In this document: positions 1 through 8,683 of the stretch, piece after piece
Position numbering within the stretch: position 1 is the stretch's first letter
Layout of the letters: every line of letters begins with the position of its first letter
Assembly: GCA_017513085.1 (NCBI GenBank)
Contig: JAFWDK010000003.1
Location: forward strand, 1 to 64,000
Length of the DNA: 64,000 nt
Direction of reading: 5' to 3'
DNA from: Clostridiales bacterium
GTDB lineage: Bacteria; Bacillota; Clostridia; Saccharofermentanales; Saccharofermentanaceae
Translations under genes and position numbers: made by a program
Notes under the pieces: generated by a model
What the model saw: the letters and a program-made list of their open reading frames with translations, nothing else
Told to the model about the DNA's origin: nothing
The model's database searches: none

Positions 1-2920
1 GGCCCGGTACACGTGTCGGAACCTTTGTCGGGCTCACTCCCGGTGCACGTGTCGGTGTCACACTTGGCGTCTTCGTAGGCACCTTGGACGGTACACCTGT
101 CGGCGCCTTGGTCGGGGTGATCTTACCTGGTACACCTGTCGGCGCCTTGGTTGGGGTAATTTTACCGGGTACACCTGTCGGCGCCTTGGTCGGGGTGATC
201 TTACCGGGTACACCTGTCGGCGCCTTGGTCGGGGTGATCTTACCTGGCACACCTGTCGGCGCCTTGGTCGGGGTCACAGACGGTGTCTTTGTGGGTGTCT
301 TTGTTGGTGCTTTTGTTGGCGTCTTAGTGGGCGTCTTCGTAGGAGTTTTCGTCGGTGTTTTTGTCGGCGTCTTCGATGGCGTCGGATTGGTCGGTTTTCT
401 CCAGGTCTCCACGAGTTTCAGTCTGTTGTTCGACAATGTATTTTTGTTATCAAAACGGATCGTCGGATCTTTACCGGCGGCAAGATAATTGTTGACATCG
501 TACATCGCGAGGCACAGTGTTGCATCCGATGCGAGCGTGCCATTATATGTAAACATGAACGTCATTTCTTCGCCGTCTTTAAAAGTACCCTTGGCAATAC
601 GGACAGGCGAGCCGAAAGAGGCAAGTTTGGCACCGTTCGCGTCGGTGATCTCCGCACAAAGATCGATGTCGAAGAAACTCGGAGCAAGACCTGTATTCTT
701 GATCTTGACCACCAGCTTATTGTTGTATAGCGCGGCGGATGTCACGGTGTAGTTGTAACCTAAGCGATTGCACATTTTGTCGACGATCGACTTCTGCGCA
801 CGATAGAAGAAATTGCCGGCATCGCCATCCATATCCAGAGCATAAAGCGAAAGATGCGGGATCTCGATACATTCACGGTAATGATCCACAGTCCACTTCA
901 GTGCTTTTGAATCGGAAGGATTCAGCATATGCTCGTACCGCTCGTGATTATCCGCCATCGTCATCACATTATCTCTATATGCTGCATGAAGTTCCCACTC
1001 GGTGTTACGCGTCAGGATCAGGCCATTGTTTCGCTTGGCAAATCCGAGCGAATCCGCGTAGTCATAGATCTCCCGCGCATCGCAGAAAATGCTTACCGTC
1101 GTTTTCTTGAAAACCGAAGCCAGGTAATCCATGAGATCTTTCTGGATCTCAACGGAGGGCAGCTCATTTCCGATAAATTCGCCGACGTGCCACTCACCCA
1201 TGTTACCGAACGCGCGCACTTCAAAATACTCCACGCGCGGATCTCCGTCGTATCTCTCCGCGACCGCTTTGGCAAACTTCTTATATGCCTGTATATAGAT
1301 CGGATCCGACCAGTGCGGCACTTTGATCGTGGGCGAATTCGCCTTGTATTTGTATGTGACCGTATCACGCTTGGCGCCCTTGTCATAGACCCACTGAGGC
1401 ACGAAATCGTGGCCGGCGCCGTAATCGTCGTCCGAACCTTTTGTCGTGGTATAACCGATAATGCGGATGCCGTAGGTCATACCCGCCTGCTCACAGGCGG
1501 CGAGCATAGTGTCGATCGGCTCCCAGTTATAAACGTCTTCCTTCGGGTTAATATCCTCCCAAAAAAGCACTCCCGTCGTGACTGTAGCGACGTCCCATGC
1601 GCGGTTGCCCTTTGAACCGTCGATGCCCAGAGGGTGCTTGCCTTTGTAAAGCATATCCGGGTTATAGACCGTGATCACATAGCCCTTGTGCGGATTTTTG
1701 ACGATCCCGCCAGAGGGCTGCGCCTCATAAAGCACAGTCGCTTCGCCCGGCGGTGTCGGTGTCGAGGTGATGCTTCGGCCTTTCGGGAAAAGCTGATCCG
1801 CGACGATCTTCGCCAGTTTCTGCGCACCGGTCTTGTTCGGGTGCAGGCTCTTCGGCTCATAGTATCTCGAAGCGATCTCTTCCGTCCGTTCCAGACAGAA
1901 TTCCAGCCATGGCGTGAACATATCGATCACATTGACCTTCTCGCTCTTGGCCAAGGCGTCAAGTTCCTTACCGAACCACTTATACTTCAGGACAGGGTAT
2001 TGGGAGCCATCTTCCTTCTCCCCCTGCTGCTTGACCAGATAGACTTTCACGCCTTTCGACTTCGCTGTGCGGATCATGGCCGTCATATTGGAAATATAGT
2101 CAGACGCATCGATCGCATCCGGATGCGCTTTGGCCTCATCACAATAGTCGTTAATACCGACAGCAAAAAGCAGGATATCGCCGCTCTTGGCATAGTGTTC
2201 GACAGTCGGGAACAAAGATTTCTTCAAGCTCCAGGAACGAAGACCGCTGGCCGATACATTGCGCACATCGTATTTATCTGTATTGACATAATCTTTAAGA
2301 TACATGCCCCAGCCATGCTTGGTTTCGTCGGCGACATTGTAAAAAGCAGCTACGGTCGAATCCCCGCAAAGCCAGATCGTCGGCTTGGTCGTTGAGCTTG
2401 TGGATGTCTGCTCGATCTCGACCGTACTGATCGAAAACTCAGAACCCATGCCGGAAGTCGCATAGATATTCAAATATCCATCCGTGACCGGGATCGTAAA
2501 TGAATCGACCGCGTTATTTCCGGTCATGAAGAAAAGCTGATCGTATCCTTCCGCATTGATCGTTGCGGATACGACGTTTCCGGTCGTGACAGTGATTTTA
2601 TATACTCCGGAAGGCAGCTTGACCTTAAGGTTTCCGTATCCGCCCCCGAAATGGATCGCATCGCTGAGAGCCCCCTGGCCCAGCGCGCTGACATTCTTCG
2701 CGAGATTCGTATCCTGGATCCCATATCCCTTCGAATCGTCATACTTATCCTTCGCCGAAACACCGATATACCCGGGAGCCGTACCCTCGCCACCCAGGTC
2801 AAACTTCATGGTGATCAGATCCGCTTTCGCTCTTCCTGCATAGGAAAACAACATGCCGGCACAAATGACGGCGGCACCCAAAAATGCACACAAAGACCAG
2901 GTGTGCTTCTTTACCTTCAT
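1..2920 (-). CDS. Secreted multimodular carbohydrate-active protein: SGNH/GDSL (CE12-like rhamnogalacturonan acetylesterase) + GH-A/beta-galactosidase-like and DUF4832-like region + long Pro/Thr linker; 3' end outside window
   Basis: Manual translation from ATG at 2920 stays open to position 1 with no stop, which is presumably why it is absent from the ORF track. It shows a signal peptide MKVKKHTWSLCAFLGAAVICAGMLFSYAGRAKA, SGNH blocks 'IWLCGDSTVA', 'AVGIND' and 'LHPNKTGA', then 'FWEDINPKEDVYNWEPID', 'VPQWV', 'RYDGDPRVEYFEVRAFGNMGEWH', 'RLGYNY...KNTGLAP', then PTKT/TPTKAPTGVPGKI repeats. Confidence 0.8.
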   Translation of the reverse strand, partial: MKVKKHTWSLCAFLGAAVICAGMLFSYAGRAKADLITMKFDLGGEGTAPGYIGVSAKDKYDDSKGYGIQDTNLAKNVSALGQGALSDAIHFGGGYGNLKVKLPSGVYKITVTTGNVVSATINAEGYDQLFFMTGNNAVDSFTIPVTDGYLNIYATSGMGSEFSISTVEIEQTSTSSTTKPTIWLCGDSTVAAFYNVADETKHGWGMYLKDYVNTDKYDVRNVSASGLRSWSLKKSLFPTVEHYAKSGDILLFAVGINDYCDEAKAHPDAIDASDYISNMTAMIRTAKSKGVKVYLVKQQGEKEDGSQYPVLKYKWFGKELDALAKSEKVNVIDMFTPWLEFCLERTEEIASRYYEPKSLHPNKTGAQKLAKIVADQLFPKGRSITSTPTPPGEATVLYEAQPSGGIVKNPHKGYVITVYNPDMLYKGKHPLGIDGSKGNRAWDVATVTTGVLFWEDINPKEDVYNWEPIDTMLAACEQAGMTYGIRIIGYTTTKGSDDDYGAGHDFVPQWVYDKGAKRDTVTYKYKANSPTIKVPHWSDPIYIQAYKKFAKAVAERYDGDPRVEYFEVRAFGNMGEWHVGEFIGNELPSVEIQKDLMDYLASVFKKTTVSIFCDAREIYDYADSLGFAKRNNGLILTRNTEWELHAAYRDNVMTMADNHERYEHMLNPSDSKALKWTVDHYRECIEIPHLSLYALDMDGDAGNFFYRAQKSIVDKMCNRLGYNYTVTSAALYNNKLVVKIKNTGLAPSFFDIDLCAEITDANGAKLASFGSPVRIAKGTFKDGEEMTFMFTYNGTLASDATLCLAMYDVNNYLAAGKDPTIRFDNKNTLSNNRLKLVETWRKPTNPTPSKTPTKTPTKTPTKTPTKTPTKAPTKTPTKTPSVTPTKAPTGVPGKITPTKAPTGVPGKITPTKAPTGVPGKITPTKAPTGVPGKITPTKAPTGVPSKVPTKTPSVTPTRAPGVSPTKVPTRVPG
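84..385 (-). repeat. Coding tandem repeats of the Pro/Thr linker: 39-bp unit (TPTKAPTGVPGKI) about 4.5 copies, plus a 12-bp unit (PTKT) array
   Basis: Near-identical 'tacacctgtcggcgccttggtcggggtgatcttacc' blocks recur every 39 bp between about 90 and 275; degenerate 12-bp repeats lie at about 280-385. Confidence 0.9.
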
Positions 2921-3104
2921 ATACTATCCTCCGATATCCCCGATCTGGTCGATGTGCCTTAATACCTGTCACAAAAACAAGATCCCCCCGTGAAGGCAAT
3001 ATCGAAAGTATAAAATACAGGCCAAAGCCTTTTTTGTAGATTTCCAACTTTTTTATCTGAAATCAGACGTCAGTTTTAAAAGCTTATAAAAGAGGTCAAG
3101 CGGA

Positions 3105-3860
3105 TCACAATTTCCCGTTGTTCGTATCCCGGTACTTCTTCGGCGTCATGCCGCATTGTTTTTTGAACGCATTGGAAAAAGCACTCTGCGAGGAGTATCC
3201 GAGGGACATGGCGATCTCGAGGATACTGTACTCGGCGTGGCGCAGCATGTTCTTCGCCGTCTGGATCTTCGCCTCCGAAATGAATTCGCCGACTTTCTTC
3301 CCGGTCTCCGCCGCGAACAATCTCGAAAAGTAAACAGGATTCAAGCCCTCGATATCGGCAAGTTCTTTTACCGTCAAAGGCTTATTGAGATTGTTATAGA
3401 TATTGTCGATCGTTCTTCTCACGTGGAAGTTGATGACATTGTTTTTTTTCAGTTCACGCATTCTGGTGGCGTAATCGATCTGCATTGTCGCGATCAGATC
3501 GAGGACCTGGTCGACCGTCTGAGCTTCATCTGCTTCGTTGATGTAGATGTCGCTCAGCGTATAGGCCATATTCATATCCATGCCGCCATCGATGCATAAC
3601 CGGCTGATGATCGCCGCGGAGGAAACCAGGTGATAAATACTGTTTCGGAGAGGATCCGAGGACAGGACGCCACGTCCGTCTTTGCCGTTCAGATAATGGG
3701 GACGCACCTTCTCGAAGCGTTCCTTGACCGCTTCCACATCTCCGTTACGGATCCTGTTATATTGCCGGAACTCGGCAAAATAATCCGCCCGTACAAACTT
3801 CTCTTCCCGCTGCAAAAACAGCCGGTAATCCAGTTTCTTATCTGTATGCAATCCTGTCAC
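3105..3860 (-). CDS. AraC-family transcriptional regulator
   Basis: C-terminal AraC HTH signature 'SILEIAMSLGYSSQSAFSNAFKKQCGMTPKKYR'; directly upstream of, and co-directional with, the CAZyme gene. Confidence 0.9.
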   Translation of the reverse strand: MTGLHTDKKLDYRLFLQREEKFVRADYFAEFRQYNRIRNGDVEAVKERFEKVRPHYLNGKDGRGVLSSDPLRNSIYHLVSSAAIISRLCIDGGMDMNMAYTLSDIYINEADEAQTVDQVLDLIATMQIDYATRMRELKKNNVINFHVRRTIDNIYNNLNKPLTVKELADIEGLNPVYFSRLFAAETGKKVGEFISEAKIQTAKNMLRHAEYSILEIAMSLGYSSQSAFSNAFKKQCGMTPKKYRDTNNGKL

Positions 3861-3900
3861 TCCCTCCGGATGTCAATTCCACATATTAGGATAACATGAA

Positions 3901-5700
3901 TCAGGTGATCGGTTCAAAATCTGCAACTCCGTGCTTACAAAGCGGGCAGACGAAATCCTCCGGAAGTTCATCGCCTTCGTAAACATATCCGCACACTTTG
4001 CAGACATAGCCCTTCTTGCCTTCGGTCTCCGGCTTCGGCTTGACGTTCTTCTGATAATATGTGTAAGTCATCGTCTCCTTATCCGAGAGCACTCGTGCCT
4101 CGGTGACCGAGCAGATGAACATGCCGTGCGTGTCCAGATCCACATAGTCTTCCACCTTCAGTGACATGAAAGAGTTGATGTACCGGTTCAGGAAAACAAG
4201 GCCGTTATCCGAGCGCAGGATCTCCTCTTCCCCGGCAAACTTATCGACATTTCTGCCGCTCTGGAATCCGAATGTCTCGAAGACTTTGAACGGTGCTTCC
4301 ACCGACAGACAGTTCACGTTCATGACACCGGTCTGCTTGATGACATGGTGGGAGTAGTTCTGTTTGTTGATCGTCACAGCGATCCGGTTCGGCGTATTCG
4401 TCACCTGCGTGACAGTATTGACGATGAGACCATTGTCTTTTTTACCATCGTTGGAAGTCACCACATAGAGACCATAGCCGATATTGAAAAGCGCCGTCAG
4501 ATCATTCTTGTTGGCGGTCTCTTCCGACTTCGCGAGATAATCCTGGCACAATTCCTGAGCCATCGCATCGATCTGTGCACGGGACTCTTCGTTCAGAGCC
4601 GACACGATCTTAACATTGTTATCCGTGAAAGTGAGGTTCTTGCTCTTCTCAAACATCGCCTTCATGACGCGGATCGCCTGCGGTGCCCAGGAACCGTTCT
4701 CGATCATACCGATGGTCTTGTTCTGGAACTGACGCTCGGTCAGGTGATGGATAAACTCGCGCATGAACGGGAACACATCCGCGTTATATGTCGTGGTCGC
4801 CAGAACGATCCTTCCGTAACGGAAAGCATCTTCCACACATTCCGCCATATCTTCCCTTGCCAGATCGTTGACCACAACTTTCGGGCATCCGTTCGCCTTC
4901 AGCTTATCTGCCAGAAGATCCACAGCCGCCTTCGTATGTCCGTATACCGAAGTATAGAAGATCGCGACGCCGTCTGTCTCAACGCCGTAGGAAGACCAGG
5001 TATCGTAAAGCTTAAGATACATCGACAGGTCTCCTGTCAGGACCGGACCATGAAGCGGGCAGATCGTCTTGATCTCGAGGTTCGCCGCTTTCTTCAAGAC
5101 CGCCTGCACCTGCGCGCCGTATTTGCCGACGATGCCGATGTAGTAACGGCGTGCCTCACATGCCCAATCCTCTTCTACATCCAGCGCACCGAATTTTCCG
5201 AATCCGTCCGCACTGAAAAGCACTTTGTCGAAGGAGTCATAGGTCATGAGCACTTCCGGCCAGTGTACCATCGGTGCCGCTACGAAATGCAGGACATGCT
5301 TGCCGAGCGGAAGCTCATCGCCTTCGCCGACCACGATCCTTCTGTCTTCAAACTCTGTGCCGAAGAAGTTCTTCATCATGGTGAACGCTTTCTGCGAAGA
5401 CACGATCTGCGCCTTCGGATAGTTCTTCATGAAGTTCACGATATTCGCGGAATGGTCCGGCTCCATATGCTGGACGACCAGGTAATCCGGTTCCTTCCCG
5501 GCAAGTGCTTTTTCCAGATTATCGAGCCACTCATGCGTGAAATTCTTATCTACCGTATCCATGACCGCAACTTTATAGTCCGCGATCACATAAGAGTTAT
5601 ATGCCATGCCGTTCGGCACTACATACTGTCCCTCAAAAAGATCGATCTGATGATCGTTTACGCCAACATACTTGATATCATTACTAATAAACATATTCAT
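3901..5700 (-). CDS. fprA: Multidomain flavodiiron protein (metallo-beta-lactamase + flavodoxin + flavin reductase + rubredoxin)
   Basis: Diiron ligands 'HMEPDH', 'MVHWPE', 'SADGFG', 'PLHG'; flavodoxin 'YTSVYGHT'; flavin-reductase 'YGLYVVTS...THGMFIC'; C-terminal CKVC...CPLC rubredoxin. Confidence 0.92.
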   Translation of the reverse strand: MNMFISNDIKYVGVNDHQIDLFEGQYVVPNGMAYNSYVIADYKVAVMDTVDKNFTHEWLDNLEKALAGKEPDYLVVQHMEPDHSANIVNFMKNYPKAQIVSSQKAFTMMKNFFGTEFEDRRIVVGEGDELPLGKHVLHFVAAPMVHWPEVLMTYDSFDKVLFSADGFGKFGALDVEEDWACEARRYYIGIVGKYGAQVQAVLKKAANLEIKTICPLHGPVLTGDLSMYLKLYDTWSSYGVETDGVAIFYTSVYGHTKAAVDLLADKLKANGCPKVVVNDLAREDMAECVEDAFRYGRIVLATTTYNADVFPFMREFIHHLTERQFQNKTIGMIENGSWAPQAIRVMKAMFEKSKNLTFTDNNVKIVSALNEESRAQIDAMAQELCQDYLAKSEETANKNDLTALFNIGYGLYVVTSNDGKKDNGLIVNTVTQVTNTPNRIAVTINKQNYSHHVIKQTGVMNVNCLSVEAPFKVFETFGFQSGRNVDKFAGEEEILRSDNGLVFLNRYINSFMSLKVEDYVDLDTHGMFICSVTEARVLSDKETMTYTYYQKNVKPKPETEGKKGYVCKVCGYVYEGDELPEDFVCPLCKHGVADFEPIT

Positions 5701-5734
5701 TTCCTCACATGTAATTTTATTTTCGCCTGATCGG

Positions 5735-7120
5735 TCATTCTTTCTGGCCGTTGTCTTTCTTTCTAGTCTTCACAATGATGATCACTACCACTACTGCCAC
5801 CACGACAATGATCGCAATCCAGATGAAGATGCAAAGACCAAGAGGCTGTGGGCAGAATCCGCAGAGTGAACACTTCTTTTCCTCTTTCTTTTCTTTTTCT
5901 GCTCTTCCGAATGCAGGGTGCTCGGTCGGTGTCGGAGTGTCATCCGGCTCCGGTGTCGGTGTCGGATCTTTCTTATCTTCGATCTTCGTCGTCTTGAACG
6001 TCAGCACATCGGAATATTCGGAGCTGAAGGCATCGATACCCTCAACGTTCTGCTCACAATAGTATCTGCAACGGATCTCCAGTTCGGAACCATCCGGGAT
6101 CACTTTTCCATCATTGAGCCATGTGGTCAGTTCCCACAAATGTTCGCCCGGCTTGATGTCACGCTCGCCATTAAGCGGGATCCATTCATCGTCACCCTTC
6201 AGTCTGGCCTCCGTTTCAATATAAACATATCCACCGTTACCATGCACATTTGTAACCTTTGTAATAAACTCATCAGTAACAGCAAGCTTATATCCGGCAT
6301 ACGGCTTATCGCTGTCAGAAGACGGTTCGATCAGACGAAGCTCGGAAATCTCCGGCTTAGGAAGATCTTTCTCAGAAATCGGCTCGTATGCTTTCACATC
6401 TTTACCGTAACCGCAAATTTCAGACCAGTCGGAATAGTAGAACTTATAGCCATCATCTATAGTAGAAGTAAAAGTTTTAGCGATCAGTCTCGCGCGGAAA
6501 TAAGCCGTATGCTTGGTAAAATCGATGTGTAAGGATTCTGTTTCCTCGTCATAAGTGTACTGGTCGGGATTCAACTGATCTTTCACTCCCGGAGTCTTTG
6601 TTTCCGGATTTCCGTTCCAGCGTTCATCATTCGGCAAACCTCGCATGAGCCAAGCTTCATGGACTGTATCCGTCGAGTTACTCAAAGGTAATTCCACCAC
6701 ATCCCATTCACTGACCCGGCAAAAACCTGTCTCAGGATCATAACCAAAACTGCAATCCACATTGCCATCCCAGTATTCCGGCTTATAGTGCCAGCCGCTG
6801 ACAGGATCATTGACATCATCGATTGCCCAGTCGACCTGCAGACATACATTCAGTTCTTCAAAATCATACGGTGCAAAAAATTCATCGCCCTTATCGTCGG
6901 CCCTTGCTTCCTCCATCTTCGAAATGAAGTCCATTATACCGTCATCCACACTTGCCGCGAACTGCATCGTCGTCGGGGAGTCATTTCCCTCAAGCCACTT
7001 GACCGAAACCTTCGGTGCTTTCAAATCAAACGGAAGCTTCGAATTATCCGCTAAAACTGAGAATGCCAGAGTCGGCAGCAGCATCGCTCCTGCCAATAGT
7101 GTCGCTAAAAACTTCTTCAT
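5735..7120 (-). CDS. Secreted, C-terminally membrane-anchored acidic surface protein of unknown function
   Basis: Start moved to ATG 7120 (RBS GGAGGT at 7125-7130). Signal peptide MKKFLATLLAGAMLLPTLAFSVLA, PT linker, 'CSLCGFCPQPLGLC', then a TM helix and basic tail. Confidence 0.8.
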   Translation of the reverse strand: MKKFLATLLAGAMLLPTLAFSVLADNSKLPFDLKAPKVSVKWLEGNDSPTTMQFAASVDDGIMDFISKMEEARADDKGDEFFAPYDFEELNVCLQVDWAIDDVNDPVSGWHYKPEYWDGNVDCSFGYDPETGFCRVSEWDVVELPLSNSTDTVHEAWLMRGLPNDERWNGNPETKTPGVKDQLNPDQYTYDEETESLHIDFTKHTAYFRARLIAKTFTSTIDDGYKFYYSDWSEICGYGKDVKAYEPISEKDLPKPEISELRLIEPSSDSDKPYAGYKLAVTDEFITKVTNVHGNGGYVYIETEARLKGDDEWIPLNGERDIKPGEHLWELTTWLNDGKVIPDGSELEIRCRYYCEQNVEGIDAFSSEYSDVLTFKTTKIEDKKDPTPTPEPDDTPTPTEHPAFGRAEKEKKEEKKCSLCGFCPQPLGLCIFIWIAIIVVVAVVVVIIIVKTRKKDNGQKE

Positions 7121-7257
7121 AAATACCTCCCAAATCCAGTGTTCATCGGACCTTCGTCCATCGAACGCCTCAACCCCAAAGAAACAAGAATCCTTCGCTG
7201 TGCGAAAAGAACTCAATACAATTTTATTATAGCATACACACCACCGTAGGTCTTCTT

Positions 7258-7321
7258 TTTTCCAACCCTAGGTTGCATTTATAAAGATCCGGATATGTTT
7301 TTCCAACCTAGGGTTGGAAAA
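7258..7321. repeat. Perfect 18-bp inverted repeat whose arms contain palindromic cores
   Basis: TTTTCCAACCCTAGGTTG (7258-7275) is the reverse complement of CAACCTAGGGTTGGAAAA (7304-7321). Confidence 0.75.
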
Positions 7322-7333
7322 GTGCTTTTCAAG

Positions 7334-7384
7334 AAAAAGAGAAGGCTGTCTCCCGCAAACTCTTGAGTTACTAGAGACAGCCTT
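7334..7384 (-). terminator. Intrinsic terminator after rubrerythrin
   Basis: Stem AAGGCTGTCTC (7342-7352) / GAGACAGCCTT (7374-7384), followed by a U-rich tract on the minus strand. Confidence 0.65.
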
Positions 7385-7411
7385 TGTTTCTTTAGATGCT
7401 GTTATTCAGGG

Positions 7412-7999
7412 TCAGCCGAAGTATCTGTCAAGCAAACCCTTCAGTGCTTTACCATGACGGGCTTCATCACGGGCCATCTCATGAACGGTATCGTGGATCG
7501 CGTCGAGGTTATTCTTCTTCGCGCAGGTCGCCAGCTCCGTCTTACCGGCTGTCGCACCGAATTCACAGTCCACACGCCACTTGAGGTTCTCCTTCGTGGA
7601 TGCCTTCATGTTCGCTTCCAGATCCGAACCGAGAAGTTCAGCAAACTTTGCCGCATGCTCAGCCTCTTCAAAAGCGGCCTTCTCCCAGTAAAGTCCGATC
7701 TCCGGATATCCCTCACGATAGGCAATACGTGCCATGCAAAGATACATACCGACCTCAGAGCACTCACCTGTGAAGTTCGCCTTCAGCTGCTCGAAGATGT
7801 ACTTCTTATCTTCCTCGGAAATATCCGGGTTATTCTTTACAGTTTCTGCGTACACACCGAACTTATGCTCAGCGGCGAGACCCATTTCTGCTTCCATTTT
7901 CTTAAATGCAGCCTTCTTCGCCTTGCATACCGGGCACTCATCCGGTGCCTCATCGCCTTCATACACGTAACCACATACTGAACAAACATACTTAGCCAT
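7412..7999 (-). CDS. Reverse rubrerythrin (NADH peroxidase)
   Basis: N-terminal rubredoxin CSVC...CPVC followed by ferritin-like 'GECSEVGMY', 'EEAEHA', 'DEARHG'. Confidence 0.92.
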   Translation of the reverse strand: MAKYVCSVCGYVYEGDEAPDECPVCKAKKAAFKKMEAEMGLAAEHKFGVYAETVKNNPDISEEDKKYIFEQLKANFTGECSEVGMYLCMARIAYREGYPEIGLYWEKAAFEEAEHAAKFAELLGSDLEANMKASTKENLKWRVDCEFGATAGKTELATCAKKNNLDAIHDTVHEMARDEARHGKALKGLLDRYFG

Positions 8000-8043
8000 A
8001 ATCAACTCTCCTTGTCATGTAATTCTGAAAAAGCACTTCGTCT

Positions 8044-8442
8044 TTACGCGCCGCGCTCTTCCTCTGTTTTCACGCACTCCGGGCACATTCCGTCGAATTG
8101 CAATGAGTAACCGAAGATCTTATATCCGGAAGTATCTTTCAGAAGGTCAACCAGGCTTTCCACCGGCATCTCCACATCTGCCACGCGTCCGCAATTATTG
8201 CAATGGACGTGATAGTGCGGATAAGTCGTATGGTCAAAGTGATCTGCTCCATTATTGATACGGATTCGTAATGCCTCGCCGGAATCGGCCAGTTTGTTCA
8301 AGATCCGATACACTGTTGCACGGCTGATGGACGGGTACTTGCTCTGTACTTGCGCTACCACTTCGTCCGCAGTCGGATGACACGCCATCTCAACCAAAGC
8401 TTCATGAACGATCCTCTTCTGTAAGGTATTGCGCTCCTGCAT
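8044..8442 (-). CDS. perR: Fur-family regulator, probably PerR
   Basis: 'HPTADEV', 'ISRATVYRIL', 'HYHVHCNNC', 'CPEC'; immediately upstream of rubrerythrin. Confidence 0.8.
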   Translation of the reverse strand: MQERNTLQKRIVHEALVEMACHPTADEVVAQVQSKYPSISRATVYRILNKLADSGEALRIRINNGADHFDHTTYPHYHVHCNNCGRVADVEMPVESLVDLLKDTSGYKIFGYSLQFDGMCPECVKTEEERGA

Positions 8443-8515
8443 CAACTTCCTCCTTTAACTCGATCTTCAAAAACCCAAAGGACTCTGAATGGGTCCAAGT
8501 GCTTTTCTGTTATTG

Positions 8516-8578
8516 ATATTACATCCTAATAAGGACGCTGTCAATAGTTTAACAGATATTTAGAAAGAGAATTTCTAA
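8516..8578 (-). promoter_or_regulatory. SigmaA promoter of perR-rubrerythrin with an adjacent 7-5-7 palindrome
   Basis: Minus-strand TTGACA (8544-8539), 17 bp, TAATAT (8521-8516); TTAGAAA-GAGAA-TTTCTAA at 8560-8578. Confidence 0.6.
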
Positions 8579-8683
8579 GAGGGACTGCCAAGCCTTATTT
8601 CATACAGTTGGAAAGAAGTGTCCATCGTATGCCCACAGAGAAAAAATACCAACGGATCATTCAGCATGTCTTTCACTGTCCGG

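Noticed and set aside
84-2962. Several plus-strand ORFs (e.g. 84-488, 929-1615, 1634-2395)
   Set aside because: Antisense shadows of the long minus-strand CAZyme frame.
4345-5730. 461-aa plus-strand ORF
   Set aside because: Antisense to the flavodiiron gene with no motifs; a typical codon-bias shadow.
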